62,925 nt of DNA, filler included, from Licmophora abbreviata (GCA_900291995.1; 25 parts of 25 records of this genome joined end to end with filler, not necessarily neighbours in it); one strand, 5' to 3'; shown: positions 1-11,615, numbered from the whole stretch's first letter. A program made the numbers and translations. The notes: generated by a model not told the origin, from the sequence alone.

Positions 1-207
1 CAGCTTGGCATTGTCTGCTTCGCCCATCGCGGCTCGGACGCGGCCGACCATGCCGCCCGCGCCGCGCGCGTCTCGGCCTCGGGCTTTGCCACGCTGTCCT
101 CGACGATGCTCAAGGACCGCTCAGCGCTCCGGCTGTGCACGATCAATCCCTTGACCACCGAAGACGACATCGCCCGCACGCTCGAGATGCTGGCCGCGCC
201 GAACTGA
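1..207 (+). CDS. C-terminal fragment of PLP-dependent (group II) amino-acid decarboxylase
   Basis: Frame 1 reads QLGIVCFAHRG...LSSTMLKDRSALRLCTINPLTTEDDIARTLE*, the typical C-terminal domain of group II decarboxylases. Truncated by the window start. Confidence 0.75.
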   Translation, partial: QLGIVCFAHRGSDAADHAARAARVSASGFATLSSTMLKDRSALRLCTINPLTTEDDIARTLEMLAAPN

Positions 208-411
208 GGGCGTCGGCCCCAATGTGTCGTTTCGACAAACAGGCCAATTAAGCCTAACAATCCTGACTGCTTCCCGAAATCGGGTTAACTGGTGACCCGC
301 ACAGGTCTTGCCGCAACCGCGTCCGCCGGTCTGCCCCTTCTGGCAGCAAGTCCGGGCCTGATAGGCGTCTTGGGCCACCGCCGAAAAGCCAGAAAAGGCT
401 CAACGAAAATC

Positions 412-969
412 CTATGATATCGCTTGAGCGGGCCTTGCGCCCGCCCCTTGCGTCAAGGGCGCGGTCACGCTGTCCACCCATGTCCTCAATGCCGCGGCTT
501 CAGGAGCAAGCGCGATCGCCAGCCCCTCGGTGAAACGCTCGAATGCCTCCCGGTTGAGAGAATTGACGCCGACAAGCACGGGAATGTCCATCGCCAGAGC
601 CTCGGCGATCACGTCACGAAACCCGCGCCCCTCGGCCTCGTGCTTGCCGAACTTGTTCACGATCAACAGATCAGCGCCCTGCGCCAGCCGCTCGGCCACC
701 AGACCCACCGCTGTCTCCAGCACGTTCGGATCCAACCGGCAGCCGCGCGCCGATGGCCCCAGATCCTGACTGATGCGCAGCACCGGACCCTCTGGCAAAA
801 CGCGCACATTCATGTCGCACGGGCCTGCCGTGCCATAGGTGGGATTGACGGTGTTGATCTGGACGGTGCCACAGCACCGAAGGCCAGCGGCCTCCAGCTC
901 CGCTGCCAGCGACGCGAGGATCAGATCCATATCGCCGCGCCCCGGCGCCGTCGTATAGGCAATGTTCAT
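412..969 (-). CDS. DUF2478 domain protein
   Basis: Motifs ISQDLGPSARGCRLDP and LLIVNKFGKHEAEGRG; RBS GAGGAG before ATG. Confidence 0.85.
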   Translation of the reverse strand: MNIAYTTAPGRGDMDLILASLAAELEAAGLRCCGTVQINTVNPTYGTAGPCDMNVRVLPEGPVLRISQDLGPSARGCRLDPNVLETAVGLVAERLAQGADLLIVNKFGKHEAEGRGFRDVIAEALAMDIPVLVGVNSLNREAFERFTEGLAIALAPEAAALRTWVDSVTAPLTQGAGARPAQAIS

Positions 970-1279
970 CTGTCATCTCCTCAGGCAGGGCAAAGGGTTG
1001 GAATGCCACCCGCCCCGTCGAAATTCCGTCCTTGGTCATACCAAGTTCGGCCTGCGCCGCCAATGCCGCCAGTTACCGCGCAAGCGCTGCGGGATCGTCG
1101 GCGCCGCGGGCGCTCCTCACAAGCAAGGCCAAGCGCAGACGCGGGCGCCCGATTGCCGTCTGAAGACGCGCGACCCGAAGGGCAGGCGCCGATGCCTCGC
1201 CCGTTGACAGCCTCTGATCCCGGCGGCATGACCCTCCGGGGATCTTTTCTCGCCGACACAGAAACATCAGGACCAGACG

Positions 1280-2843
1280 ATGCGCGACCTTCCGGAACAG
1301 ATCGAAGGCTACGGCGCCATGCGCGCCTATGACGACAGCACAAGCCCGGCCCCCTGCCGGTCCAAGCTGCTGGCTGATCTCGATGCCGCCATCGCCGCCT
1401 GCGAGCTCAGCAACGGCGCGACCGTGTCGTTCCACCACCACCTTCGCAACGGCGACGCGGTGCTGAACATGGTGCTCGATCGTCTGGCGGCGCGTGGTCT
1501 CAAGAACCTGCATGTCGCCGCCACCTCGATCTTCCCGGTCCATGCACCATTGGTGGGGCATATCCGCGCCGGCACCGTCACGCGCCTGTCCGCCAGCTTC
1601 ATTTCCGGCCCCGTGGGCGAGGCAATCAGCCATGGCCTCGTGCCGCATCCCGTGGTGCTGCGCACCCATGGCGGGCGGGCGCNNNNNNNNNNNNNNNNNN
1701 NNNNNNNNNNNNNNNNNNNNNNNNNNTTAATTAATTAANNNNNNNNNNNNNNNNNNNNNNNNNNNNNNNNNNNNNNNNNNNNCCTTCGTGGCCGCCCCTG
1801 CCGCCGACGATATGGGCAATCTCTCAGGCCGCGTCGGCCCGGCCGCCTGCGGCACGCTCGGCTATCCGCTCACCGATGTCGAGGTCGCCCGCCGCGTGGT
1901 GGCCGTGACCGATACGCTGGTGCCCTTCCCCGCCCCCGCCATAGACATCCCGCAAGGCAAGGTGCATCACGTCGTGGCCGTGGACCGGATCGGCGATCCG
2001 TCGGGTATCGCCTCGGGCACCACGACCCCCGCAACCGACCCCGTCAGCACCCGCATCGGAGACACTGCCGCAGCCGTGATCGCAGCCAGCGGGCTCCTGA
2101 GCGATGGCTTCTCGTTCCAGACCGGCGCGGGCGGCATTTCGCTCTGCACCGCCGCCGCCGTGGGACGCCTGATGACCGAACACCGCGTCACCGGCAGTTT
2201 TTGCGCAGGCGGCATCACCGGCTTTCACGTCGACATGCTGAATGCCGGCCTCTTCCGGGCGCTGATGGATGTGCAATGCTTCGATCTCGCGGCCGTGCGC
2301 TCGTATCAAACCGATCCCCGCCACCAGATGATGAGCGCGGCCACCTACTGCGCCCCCCATATCGGCGGCGCCGTGGTGGACAGGGTGGATGCCGTGGTTC
2401 TGGGCGCCGCCGAGGTTGACCTTGCCTTCAACGTCAACGTGACCACCAAGGCGGACGGCATCGTGATCGGCGGCTCTGGCGGGCATGCCGACACCGCCGC
2501 GGGCGCGCGTCTGACCATCGTGACGACGCGCCTGACCGCTGCGGGCTTTCCCAAGATCGTGCCGCATGTGGGCACCCTGACCACACCCGGTGCAACGGTT
2601 GACGTGGTGGTCACCGATCATGGCATCGCGGTCAACCCGCTGCGCCCCGCACTGGCCGAGCGGTTGCGTGCCGCCGGGCTTGCGCTCTGCGGCATCGAGT
2701 CCCTCTGCGATCAGGCCGCCCGCCTTGCCACGCGCGCCACACCACCCAGCCCCTCGGGGCGTATCGTGGCAATGTCGGAATATCGCGACGGCAGCGTGAC
2801 CGACGTGATCCGCCAGATCGAGGATGGCCATAGAAGCGCCTGA
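1280..2843 (+). CDS. citF: Citrate lyase alpha subunit / citrate CoA-transferase (split by linker 1683-1782)
   Basis: SFHHHLRNGD, LRTHGGR, FSFQTGAGG, GSGGHADTAAGA and EYRDG motifs across the two contigs. Confidence 0.88.
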
Positions 2844-2891
2844 CCCATCGCCCGCCGCATCATTGCCTTGGACCCGCACCGCGCTAAGCCC

Positions 2892-3645
2892 ATGAGCAAG
2901 ACGCAAGGAACCCTGATGCCCCGCCCACGCCCCGCCGCCTTCGCCATACCCGGAGACCTGTCCAGTCCCACGGGTGGCTATCACTATGACCGCCGCCTTT
3001 TGTCCGCCCTGCGCGACGCGGGCCGCGAGGTGGCCCATATCCGCCTGCCCGACGGGTTCCCCCACCCGTCCGAGGCGCAGATGTCCGAAGCCTGCGACCA
3101 GCTGGCCAAGGTGCCCCGCGACCACATCCTGATCGTCGACGGTCTGGCCTTCGGCGCGCTGCCCACAGACGCGCTTGACCATATCACCGCCCCGATCGTG
3201 GCGCTTGTCCATCACCCGCTCGCCCATGAAAGCGGCCTGCCCGAACCCGAGGCCGCGCGCCTTCGGGCGCTGGAAAAGGCCAATCTCACCCGTGCCGCGC
3301 ATATCCTCGTGCCAAGCCCTCATATCAGGGATGTCTTGCTGGCCGATTACGCCGTTGATCCAGACCGCATCACGGTGATCCGCCCCGGCAGGCCCGATCT
3401 TTCGGCGCAGCCGGTGGCAGCCCCCACCACGCCCGATGCGGGTGCGCCGCCACTCATCCTCTCGGTCGGCCTTCTGCATCCCCGCAAGGGCCATGACACC
3501 CTGATCGACGCGCTGTCGCGGATCACCGACCAGCCGTGGCGCGCGGTCATCGTCGGTGCGCCATGGGCGCCGGGACATGCCGACGCCCTGACCCGGCAGA
3601 TCGACCGCGCGGGCATTTCGGGCCGGGTGCATCTTGCCGGCCGGG
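2892..3645 (+). CDS. Glycosyltransferase family 4 (3' end lost in gap)
   Basis: FAIPGDLSSPTGGYHYDRR N-terminus and LSVGLLHPRKGHDTLIDAL GT-B motif. Start uncertain (2868/2892/2916). Confidence 0.85.
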
Positions 3646-3745
3646 NNNNNNNNNNNNNNNNNNNNNNNNNNNNNNNNNNNNNNNNNNNNTTAATTAATTA
3701 ANNNNNNNNNNNNNNNNNNNNNNNNNNNNNNNNNNNNNNNNNNNN

Positions 3746-4466
3746 CTTGCACCACTGGCAGACCCGCGACAGCCTCGCCATCAGCACCAAACGCGCCGGC
3801 GACTTCATGTCCCGCGCCGATCTCGATGCCGAGACCTTTCTGCGTGACGCATTGCGCACCGCCCGCCCCTCCGACGGCTGGCTGGGCGAGGAAACCGGCC
3901 CAGACGGAAACTCCGAGCGTGTCTGGATCGTCGATCCGCTGGACGGCACCACCAACTTCCTGCGCGGTATCCCGCATTGGGCCGTCTCCATCGCCCTGCG
4001 CGAGGCGGGCAGGCTCACCCTCGGCGTGATCCACGACCCGATCAAATCCGAGACCTTCACCGCGCGATGCAGCACCCCCGCCACCCTGAATGGGCAACCG
4101 ATCCGCACCGCCCCGACCAAAACCCTCGAGCCTGCCCTTTTCGGCACCGGCATTCCCTTCGGCGGCATGGCCCATATCGACGACCACGCCGCCGATATCG
4201 CGCGGCTGATGCCGCTCTGCGCGGGTGTGCGCCGGATGGGGGCTGCATCCCTTGATCTGGCCTATGTCGCCGCAGGGCGGCTCGATGGCTTCTGGGAACG
4301 CCGCCTGCAGCCTTGGGACATTGCCGCCGGCCTCGTGATCCTGCAGCAATCGGGCGCACGGACCGAAGGCTGGCACAGCACCGAAAACCCTCAGGACAGC
4401 GGCACGGTCATCACCGCAGCCCCCGCCTTGTTCGACGACTTCGCCCGCGTCCTGCGCACGGGCTGA
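3746..4466 (+). CDS. Inositol monophosphatase family (SuhB-like), 5' end in gap
   Basis: LGEE, WIVDPLDGTTNF, RRMGAASLDL and WDIAAG motifs. Confidence 0.92.
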
Positions 4467-4486
4467 ACCATGCGGATCACACCGCG

Positions 4487-5215
4487 TTACTCAGGCAGGC
4501 GCGCAAACAGATCACCCGAGCTCGCATCCGCCTGCAACCCGTCCAGCCAGTCCCTCGCCGCCGCCGCATCGCGCCAGTCACGCCACAAAAAGCCACCCGT
4601 CTCGCCCTGCACCGGGTTGAACCGGTACTCCCCCAGCTCCGTCAACCGATCGATCACCGCATGGGTCAGATGCGGAAATCCCGGCAGAAACTCGACCGAG
4701 ATCAGCGGCACCGGCTGCGACAGCCCCGCCAGAACATCAATCTCGAACCCCTCGACATCGATCTTGATGTAACGCGGCACGCCATATCTCGCGATCAGCC
4801 CATCCAGCGTGACCATCCGCACGCGCTGCCTGCGATCCCATTTCACATGGCCGAAACCGGGCGCGTCCCGCGCGCCCTCGACGAAATCGCCGCGCAAGGA
4901 CGACACGGTGGGATGACGCGACGACACAGCCATCTCGGCCTCGGTCTCACTGGCGCCCGCCGCCGCCTCGATCAGGGTGATATCGCGCGGCAACGTGAGG
5001 CGCAGAAACCCTGCAAACGGGTGTTGCGGCTCCAATGCCACGACCCGCGCGCCCGCCGCCCGCATCGCCCGTGCCCTCGTGCCCACATGCGCGCCCACAT
5101 CGATCACCAGATCCCCGGGTTCCAGAAGACCGTGATAGAACCGCCGCCAGGCCCGCCTCGACACGGGATTGTGATAGATCACCAGCGACCGAAGAAACCC
5201 CATCCAAAGCGCCAT
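4487..5215 (-). CDS. FkbM family SAM methyltransferase
   Basis: VIDVGAHVG, ALEP and YIKIDVEGFE motifs; ATG at 5215 follows a purine-rich RBS. Confidence 0.88.
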   Translation of the reverse strand: MALWMGFLRSLVIYHNPVSRRAWRRFYHGLLEPGDLVIDVGAHVGTRARAMRAAGARVVALEPQHPFAGFLRLTLPRDITLIEAAAGASETEAEMAVSSRHPTVSSLRGDFVEGARDAPGFGHVKWDRRQRVRMVTLDGLIARYGVPRYIKIDVEGFEIDVLAGLSQPVPLISVEFLPGFPHLTHAVIDRLTELGEYRFNPVQGETGGFLWRDWRDAAAARDWLDGLQADASSGDLFARLPE

Positions 5216-5469
5216 TGCCCCGCCTTTCCACAGTCTGATAACATCCAGATAGCACGCCCTCGCGGCTGTCCAGCGCCCCGATCGGCAAAGCTTTGCACAT
5301 TTTTCGCAAGCCACTTGTCTTGGGCTGTGGTGGCCTACCTACTTAAGTATAGGACACGGATATCGGACCNNNNNNNNNNNNNNNNNNNNNNNNNNNNNNN
5401 NNNNNNNNNNNNNTTAATTAATTAANNNNNNNNNNNNNNNNNNNNNNNNNNNNNNNNNNNNNNNNNNNN

Positions 5470-5985
5470 CTGCACTGGATCATGGCAGTGCTGGTGCTCG
5501 CGATGATCGCAGCGGGCTTTTTGATGGTACAGGACGGTCTTGGCCGCTCGCTCCAGAACGCGCTCTTCATCTTCCATAAGAATGTCGGTGTTCTGGTGCT
5601 GCTCCTGATGGTCCTGCGCATCGGCTATCGCCTGATCCAGCCGCCGCCGCCCCTGCCCGCAGATCTGCCGTCCTGGCAGGCCCGCGCCGCCGGCGCGAGC
5701 CATCTGGCGCTGTATATCCTGCTCGTGGTGATGCCCGTTGCGGGCTATGTCCGGGTCAAGGCCGGTGGCTTCCCGATCGAGTCTCTGGATGCGCTTGGCG
5801 TCCCCTCGCTCGTGCCGCGCTCCGAGGGGCTGGCCGATCTTGCGAAGGCCGTCCACCATTATGCCGCATTTGTGATCGCCGGGATCGTGCTTGTGCATGT
5901 TTCCGCCGCTTTCTACCACGGAATGCTGCGTCGCGACGGCGTCTTTTCGCGCATGTGGCCACCCGTGATCCGATCCGCAAAATAG
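5470..5985 (+). CDS. Cytochrome b561 (YceJ-like), 5' end in gap
   Basis: LHW...HKNVG...HLALY...H-x13-H heme-ligand pattern with 4 TM helices. Confidence 0.88.
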   Translation: MHWIMAVLVLAMIAAGFLMVQDGLGRSLQNALFIFHKNVGVLVLLLMVLRIGYRLIQPPPPLPADLPSWQARAAGASHLALYILLVVMPVAGYVRVKAGGFPIESLDALGVPSLVPRSEGLADLAKAVHHYAAFVIAGIVLVHVSAAFYHGMLRRDGVFSRMWPPVIRSAK

Positions 5986-6083
5986 CCTCTTGTCGGGCCG
6001 AAAGCGCACGATATGTGTTGGCGCTAACTGACCCTAGAATCAACGACATCAGCCCTTTTTTCAACGGATGAAATCCCACTGCC

Positions 6084-6942
6084 ATGGCCCTATCGGAACA
6101 TCTTCTTCGCCCGGCGGGAACGCCGGCCGCTTCATGGCTCCCCTCGCCCGGCGCGGGCACGGCATTTGCCGCGCTCACGCTGGCGCTCGCAACGCTCATC
6201 ACCGGGGCCTTCGCCCTGTCGATCAGCCATTGGTCACCGCTTGCCATAGCCGCGCTGGCGCTGCTCGCGCTCAACGCGGCCTGGGTCTCGGGGGGGGCGC
6301 CACCGCCCTGATCGGGCTTCTGGCCCCCGCCCGGCCCATGCCCTCCGCCCCCGATCACTGGACCCCGTCCAGCCGCACCGCGATCCTCGTGCTCCTGTGC
6401 AAGGAAGACCCCGACGCTCTGGCGGCCTATCTGCGTGATCTCGGCGCCCGCCTGCAGCGGTGCGGGCTCGATCGGGCCACCGCCATTTTCGTGCTGTCGG
6501 ACACTTCGGGTGATGCGCTTGTCGCCCGCGAAGAGGCCGCGATGCGCGCTCTGGTGGCCAACGGCACGATCACCTATCGCCGCCGCGCGCTCAACACCGG
6601 GCGCAAACCCGGCAATATCGCCGACTGGCTGGACGCTCAGGGCGCAGGCTTCGACCATATGCTGATCCTCGACGCCGACAGCCGCATGTCCTGCACGCGC
6701 ATCCGCCGCCTCATCCACCAGATCGAGACGCGCCCCCGCACCGGCCTCATTCAGGCCGGCATGGCCCTGATCCCGGCGCAAAGCCGCTTCGGCCAGCTTC
6801 AGCGCAACGCCGTGCGCCTGATGTCGGCCAATTTCGGGCGTGGCATGGCGGCATGGACAGGCCGCAACGGCAATTACTGGGGACATAACGCGATCATCCG
6901 CATCGCCGCCTTCCGCAATGCCGCGCGCCTGCCCCATCTGCC
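6084..6942 (+). CDS. opgH: Glucans biosynthesis glucosyltransferase H, frameshifted at G8 run 6290-6297, 3' end in gap
   Basis: FVLSDT, YRRR-x2-NTGRKPGNIADW, LILDADSRM and NYWGHNAIIR motifs. The N-terminal TM segments are in the 6084..6311 frame; the catalytic part is in another frame. Confidence 0.85.
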
Positions 6943-7044
6943 NNNNNNNNNNNNNNNNNNNNNNNNNNNNNNNNNNNNNNNNNNNNTTAATTAATTAANN
7001 NNNNNNNNNNNNNNNNNNNNNNNNNNNNNNNNNNNNNNNNNNAT

Positions 7045-7686
7045 CTGTGGCGCCCCATCGCCAATCCCGCCAGCCTGCAATCGTCCGCCTTCGTCGATAA
7101 CGGCCCCTCGGCCTTCGGCCTCTTTCAGATCCCCCGCCGCTACGCCGATTACGAGGACACCGAGGCCCGCTACCACGACCGCCCCTCTGCCATGGTGCGC
7201 CCCACCGGCAATTGGGGGCGCGGCGCCGTGGTGCTGGTGGAGATTCCCACCGATACGGAATTCATGGACAATATCGTGGCCTTCTGGCGCCCCGAGGCAC
7301 CGCTCCTGCCCGGCAGAGAACACAGCTTCCGCTACAGCCTTGACTGGACGCTCGGCCTCCCCGTTCAGACACCGCCGATGCGCATCCTGCAAAGCCGGTC
7401 GGGCCGCGAACATGACCAACCCGGAACGCGGCGTTTCGTGATCGACCTCTCCGGCGCCCCCGAGGGGCACAGCCCCGATATCTCGGTCAACGGCCCCGCC
7501 GAAATCCGTGGCATCGGCGCCTTCGCCCTGCCTGAGGGGCTTGGCACCCGCGTCACCTTCCTCCTCACCCCCGAGGACACCAGCGCGCTTGAGCTGCGCA
7601 TGGTGATGCGCAACGACGCCTCGGGCCAGCCGGCAAGCCCCATCTGGCTGCACCGCTGGACACCGGCCCGTGATGGCGAGGTGTGA
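7045..7686 (+). CDS. opgG: Glucan biosynthesis protein G/D family, C-terminal part
   Basis: LWRPIANPASLQ...YEDTEARYHDRPS...WGRGAVVLVEIPTDTEFMDNIVAFW. Confidence 0.85.
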   Translation: MWRPIANPASLQSSAFVDNGPSAFGLFQIPRRYADYEDTEARYHDRPSAMVRPTGNWGRGAVVLVEIPTDTEFMDNIVAFWRPEAPLLPGREHSFRYSLDWTLGLPVQTPPMRILQSRSGREHDQPGTRRFVIDLSGAPEGHSPDISVNGPAEIRGIGAFALPEGLGTRVTFLLTPEDTSALELRMVMRNDASGQPASPIWLHRWTPARDGEV

Positions 7687-8084
7687 CGGCGGGGTGTGAC
7701 CCGACAGATCCTCGGCGCCCTGCGGCTCGAAATCCGGCCTACGCGCTACAATCCGGCGTGACACCCGACGGCGACACATTCGGCGCCGGTATGGGCAAGA
7801 TCATCCGGCGGCGCTTGCAGGCCATCCCACCTCGCGCCACCCACCGCCAGAATGAATTTCTCAGCAAAACAATGATTTGCAATCCATAGTTGATATATTG
7901 GATCAACAGCACATCCAGCGTTGATCGAAACAAACTCTTGGGGCAAACTCAGCGGATGTTTGCCACGGGTCATCTGCGACACTCTGGCCCGCACCATTTC
8001 GGGCCGAACCGGCGACAGGGTCAAGATCCTGTTACATTCGCTCGCTAGGCCCGGCTGACAGATATACTCAAAGGGGGGGGACCC

Positions 8085-8592
8085 ATGAAACTCACGACGA
8101 CGCTGACCGCATTTATCGCCTTGACCCTGGCGCTGCCCGCACAGGCGGAATTCAAGCTGGGCGACCGCTACACCGACGCCGATGGCGACCTGATCGCCGA
8201 CATTCCCGCCGACGCGTCCGAGTGGATCGATCCCGACACCCTGATCTTCGCCTACACACCCGTCGAAGACCCCGCCGTCTATGCCGAGGTTTGGCAGGGC
8301 TTTCTTGATCATATGTCCGAGGTGACCGGCAAGCGGGTGCAGTTCTTCCCCGTGCAGTCGAACGCCGCCCAGATCGAAGCGATGCGCGCGGGCCGCCTGC
8401 ATGTCGCGGGCTTCAACACCGGCTCCAACCCGCTCGCCGTGGCCTGCGCGGGCTTCCGGCCCTTCGCGATGATGGCCGCCGACGATGGCTCATTCGGCTA
8501 TGAGATGGAAATCATCACCTACCCCGACTCGGGCGTCACCTCGGTCGAGGATCTCAAGGGCAAGCAACTGGCCTTCACCTCGGAAACCTCCA
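8085..8592 (+). CDS. phnD: Phosphonate/phosphite ABC transporter substrate-binding protein (partial)
   Basis: Signal peptide, then LIFAYTPVEDP, AQIEAMRAGRLHVA and LAFTSETS; upstream of phnC/E. Confidence 0.85.
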
Positions 8593-8692
8593 NNNNNNNN
8601 NNNNNNNNNNNNNNNNNNNNNNNNNNNNNNNNNNNNTTAATTAATTAANNNNNNNNNNNNNNNNNNNNNNNNNNNNNNNNNNNNNNNNNNNN

Positions 8693-8900
8693 CGTACCGC
8701 TGGCCCAGCAATTCATGCAGCGCATCGTTGGCCTTCGCGCCGGCCGCGTCGTCTTTGACGGCCCCCCCGAGGCGCTCACCGAATCCGCCCTGACCCAGAT
8801 CTACGGCGAGGAAGACTGGAACGCCATGCGCGCCGGCGACGCCGAACAGGCCGCCGCCGAAGCTGAAGCCCGCGACCGCATCGCGGCGCTGGCCAAATGA
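8693..8900 (+). CDS. phnC: Phosphonate ABC ATPase, C-terminal fragment
   Basis: [14 protein letters not shown]...LTQIYG tail; ATGA overlap with phnE. Confidence 0.75.
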
Positions 8901-9703
8901 CCGCCCCCTCCTATCCGACCACGTGGCGCCGCCCTCCGCAGATCGTCAAGGATCGGCGCTGGCGACTGGCGCTCCAGATCGGCATACTCGTCTATCTGGT
9001 GCTCGCCATCGGCTCGGTCGAGGTGAACTGGGCGCGCGTCTATGACGGGCTGGAACGCGGCCAGCGCTTCATCATGGGCTTCCTGCAACCCGATTTCTCC
9101 AGCCGCTGGCGCGACATCAGCCAGGGCCTCATCGAAAGCCTGACGATGACGCTCACTTCCACGGTGGTGGGCGTGGCGATATCGGTGCCCATCGGCATCG
9201 GTGCCGCGCGCAACCTCGCGCCGCACTGGATCTATTACATCTGCCGCAGCATCATCGCCGTCAGCCGCGCCCTGCAGGAAATCATCATCGCGATCTTCTT
9301 CGTGGCGATGTTCGGCTTCGGCCCCTTCGCGGGCTTCCTGACCCTCAGCTTCGCCACCATCGGCTTCATCGCCAAGCTCTTGGCCGACGATATCGAGGAA
9401 ATCAACGAATCCCAGGCCGAGGCGATCCGCTCCACCGGCGCCTCGTGGTGGCAGGTGGTCAACTACGCCATCCAGCCACAGGTCATGCCCCGCCTGATCG
9501 GCCTGTCGCTCTACCGGCTCGACATCAATTTCCGCGAAAGCGCGGTGATCGGCATCGTCGGCGCGGGCGGCATCGGTGCCACGCTGAACACCGCCATCGA
9601 CCGCTATGAATATGACAGCGCCGGCGCCGTGCTGCTCATCATCATCGCCATCGTGATGGTCGCGGAATACGGCTCCAGCTATCTGCGAAAGTTCCTGCAA
9701 TGA
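8897..9703 (+). CDS. phnE: Phosphonate ABC permease
   Basis: [12 protein letters not shown] loop; [19 protein letters not shown]. Confidence 0.9.
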   Translation: MTAPSYPTTWRRPPQIVKDRRWRLALQIGILVYLVLAIGSVEVNWARVYDGLERGQRFIMGFLQPDFSSRWRDISQGLIESLTMTLTSTVVGVAISVPIGIGAARNLAPHWIYYICRSIIAVSRALQEIIIAIFFVAMFGFGPFAGFLTLSFATIGFIAKLLADDIEEINESQAEAIRSTGASWWQVVNYAIQPQVMPRLIGLSLYRLDINFRESAVIGIVGAGGIGATLNTAIDRYEYDSAGAVLLIIIAIVMVAEYGSSYLRKFLQ

Positions 9704-10512
9704 CCGAGATCACCCATCACAGCCAGGTCTGGACCTACCGCGCACCCAAGGCCCGCCTCCTGCTCTGGGGCGGGTGGCTGGCGCTGGTCGCACTCTTCGT
9801 GTGGTGCTGGCAGGTCATGACCCGCGACACGATCTGGTTTTTCGTGGCCGATGCCCCCCGGCAGGCCGCCGATATCGGCAACCGCATGGTGCCGCCACGC
9901 TGGTCCTACATGTCCGAACTCTGGCTTCCCCTCTGGGACACGATCAACATCGCCACCCTGGGCACCATCGGCGGCGTCATTATGGCGGTGCCCGTGGCCT
10001 TCATGGCCGCGCGCAACACCACGCCCTCGGCCCGCATCCTGCGCCCCATAGCACTGTTCATCATCGTGGCCTCGCGCTCGATCAACTCGCTGATCTGGGC
10101 GCTTTTGCTGGTGGCGATCATCGGCCCCGGCCTTCTCGCCGGGATCGTCGCCATCGCGCTGCGCTCCATCGGCTTCGTCGGCAAACTGCTCTACGAGGCG
10201 ATCGAGGAAACCGACGCCCGCCAGATCGAGGCGATCGAGGCAACCGGCGCCAGCGGCTCACAGGTCCTCAGCTACGGGATCGTGCCACAGATCATGCCGG
10301 CCTTCTGGGGCATCTCGGTCTTTCGCTGGGATATCAACATCCGCGAAAGCACCATCCTTGGGCTGGTGGGCGCGGGCGGCATCGGGCTCAAGCTGCAGGC
10401 CTCGCTCAATGTCCTCGCCTGGAGTCAGGTCTCGGTGATCCTGCTTCTGATCCTCGCCACCGTCGTGCTCAGCGAATGGGTCTCGGCCCGGATGCGCCAC
10501 GCCATCATCTGA
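9700..10512 (+). CDS. phnE: Phosphonate ABC permease (second)
   Basis: EAIEATGAS; WDINIRESTILGLVGAGGIG. Confidence 0.9.
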   Translation: MTEITHHSQVWTYRAPKARLLLWGGWLALVALFVWCWQVMTRDTIWFFVADAPRQAADIGNRMVPPRWSYMSELWLPLWDTINIATLGTIGGVIMAVPVAFMAARNTTPSARILRPIALFIIVASRSINSLIWALLLVAIIGPGLLAGIVAIALRSIGFVGKLLYEAIEETDARQIEAIEATGASGSQVLSYGIVPQIMPAFWGISVFRWDINIRESTILGLVGAGGIGLKLQASLNVLAWSQVSVILLLILATVVLSEWVSARMRHAII

Positions 10513-10667
10513 CCCTTGCCGCCGCTCTCGCACCGGCGCGTTTTCGGGTTTCGCACCCTATCCCAAAAAGGTATCGTTCCCCTACAGGTGCAAGTATGAC
10601 GCCCGTCCTCCGCCATATCGGGCCGGGTTCAGATTTCACCCATTCATTATTTCGGAAGGAAGCCATC

Positions 10668-11063
10668 ATGCGTGCTTTCGCAAGATCTATCGTTCTGGCC
10701 GGCTCGGCCCTGATCCTCGCCCAGATGGCGGACACGGCCAGCGCATCCGATGCGTCTTCTCGCCTGACCGTCACGGAACAACGCAATGCGCTCGTCGAAT
10801 GCAAATACGATCTTGGCCGTCGCGGCTGGCCCCTGCTGCAGGCGACCTACGTGGAAACGCCCTGGGGCGGACAGACCGTCATGCGCCTATTGCCCCATGG
10901 CAGCGTGTCGGTCGAGGATGCCGCCTGGATCAACGCCTGCGCCGATGAGCGGCTTGGCCGCGGCGGCCCTGCTGGTGCCGCCCCCGCCCAAGCCTTTCGC
11001 AGTGCCTGCCCGTCACATGCGCCGGTAATCTATGGTGGCACACTCTACTGCATCCGCAACTGA
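10668..11063 (+). CDS. Secreted Cys-containing hypothetical protein (131 aa)
   Basis: RBS GGAAGG, signal peptide MRAFARSIVLAGSALILAQ...ASA, four Cys. The long ORF 9774..11063 is just the upstream extension. Confidence 0.65.
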   Translation: MRAFARSIVLAGSALILAQMADTASASDASSRLTVTEQRNALVECKYDLGRRGWPLLQATYVETPWGGQTVMRLLPHGSVSVEDAAWINACADERLGRGGPAGAAPAQAFRSACPSHAPVIYGGTLYCIRN

Positions 11064-11090
11064 CGACGCCCAGAGGGCGAGGCGGGAAAT

Positions 11091-11116
11091 CCCTTCAAAC
11101 TCAATAGCTTGAAGGG
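11091..11116. terminator. Inverted repeat between convergent genes
   Basis: CCCTTCAA-N10-TTGAAGGG. Confidence 0.35.
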
Positions 11117-11130
11117 CATTCCTCAGGCGC

Positions 11131-11425
11131 TCAGCCGCCTGACTTTGCCCTAACCCCCTCGATCACCGTGTCGAGCAGGGCGGTCTCTCCCGCTCCGGGT
11201 CCGGTCGGCTCGAAATAGATCTCGATCACCCCGTCATCATCGGCATCGCGATAGATCAGCTGCCTCGGCAGGCGGATCGTCACCGGCTCTGCCGCATCTC
11301 CTTCGGTCCAGCTCAGGTCGGTCTGCACGCAATTGGCCATCGCCCCGGCATAGCTCTCCGCAGGCGCCACTTCGTTCATGAAAAGCAGCCCTCGCACCGC
11401 AGCCCGATCCCCAATATACACGCTG
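11131..11425 (-). CDS. Hypothetical protein, C-terminal part (possible start ATG 11528 across the gap)
   Basis: Open frame with GC3-biased codons; contains a DADDDGVIE acidic motif. Confidence 0.5.
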
Positions 11426-11615
11426 NNNNNNNNNNNNNNNNNNNNNNNNNNNNNNNNNNNNNNNNNNNNTTAATTAATTAANNNNNNNNNNNNNNNNNNN
11501 NNNNNNNNNNNNNNNNNNNNNNNNNCATGGGGTCACATCTTCAGCCGGATGGTCATTCGGGGCGGCGCACAAGCCGTTTACACCTATAGCCGCAGACCGC
11601 GATTTTCCAGCCGAT

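Noticed and set aside
975..1270. Hairpins between DUF2478 and citF (CTTGGT-cat-ACCAAG; GATCCCGG...CCGGGGATC) as a possible Moco or cobalamin riboswitch
   Set aside because: I could not find the conserved riboswitch cores; an Infernal/Rfam scan would be needed.
1824..3632. 602-aa minus-strand ORF (and similar long ORFs such as 11637..12887, 55805..57199, 57209..58207)
   Set aside because: Antisense shadows of well-supported genes in GC-rich DNA, with no recognisable motifs.
7860..8084. Pho box upstream of phnD
   Set aside because: Only isolated partial half-sites (CTGTTAC); no proper 11-bp tandem repeat.
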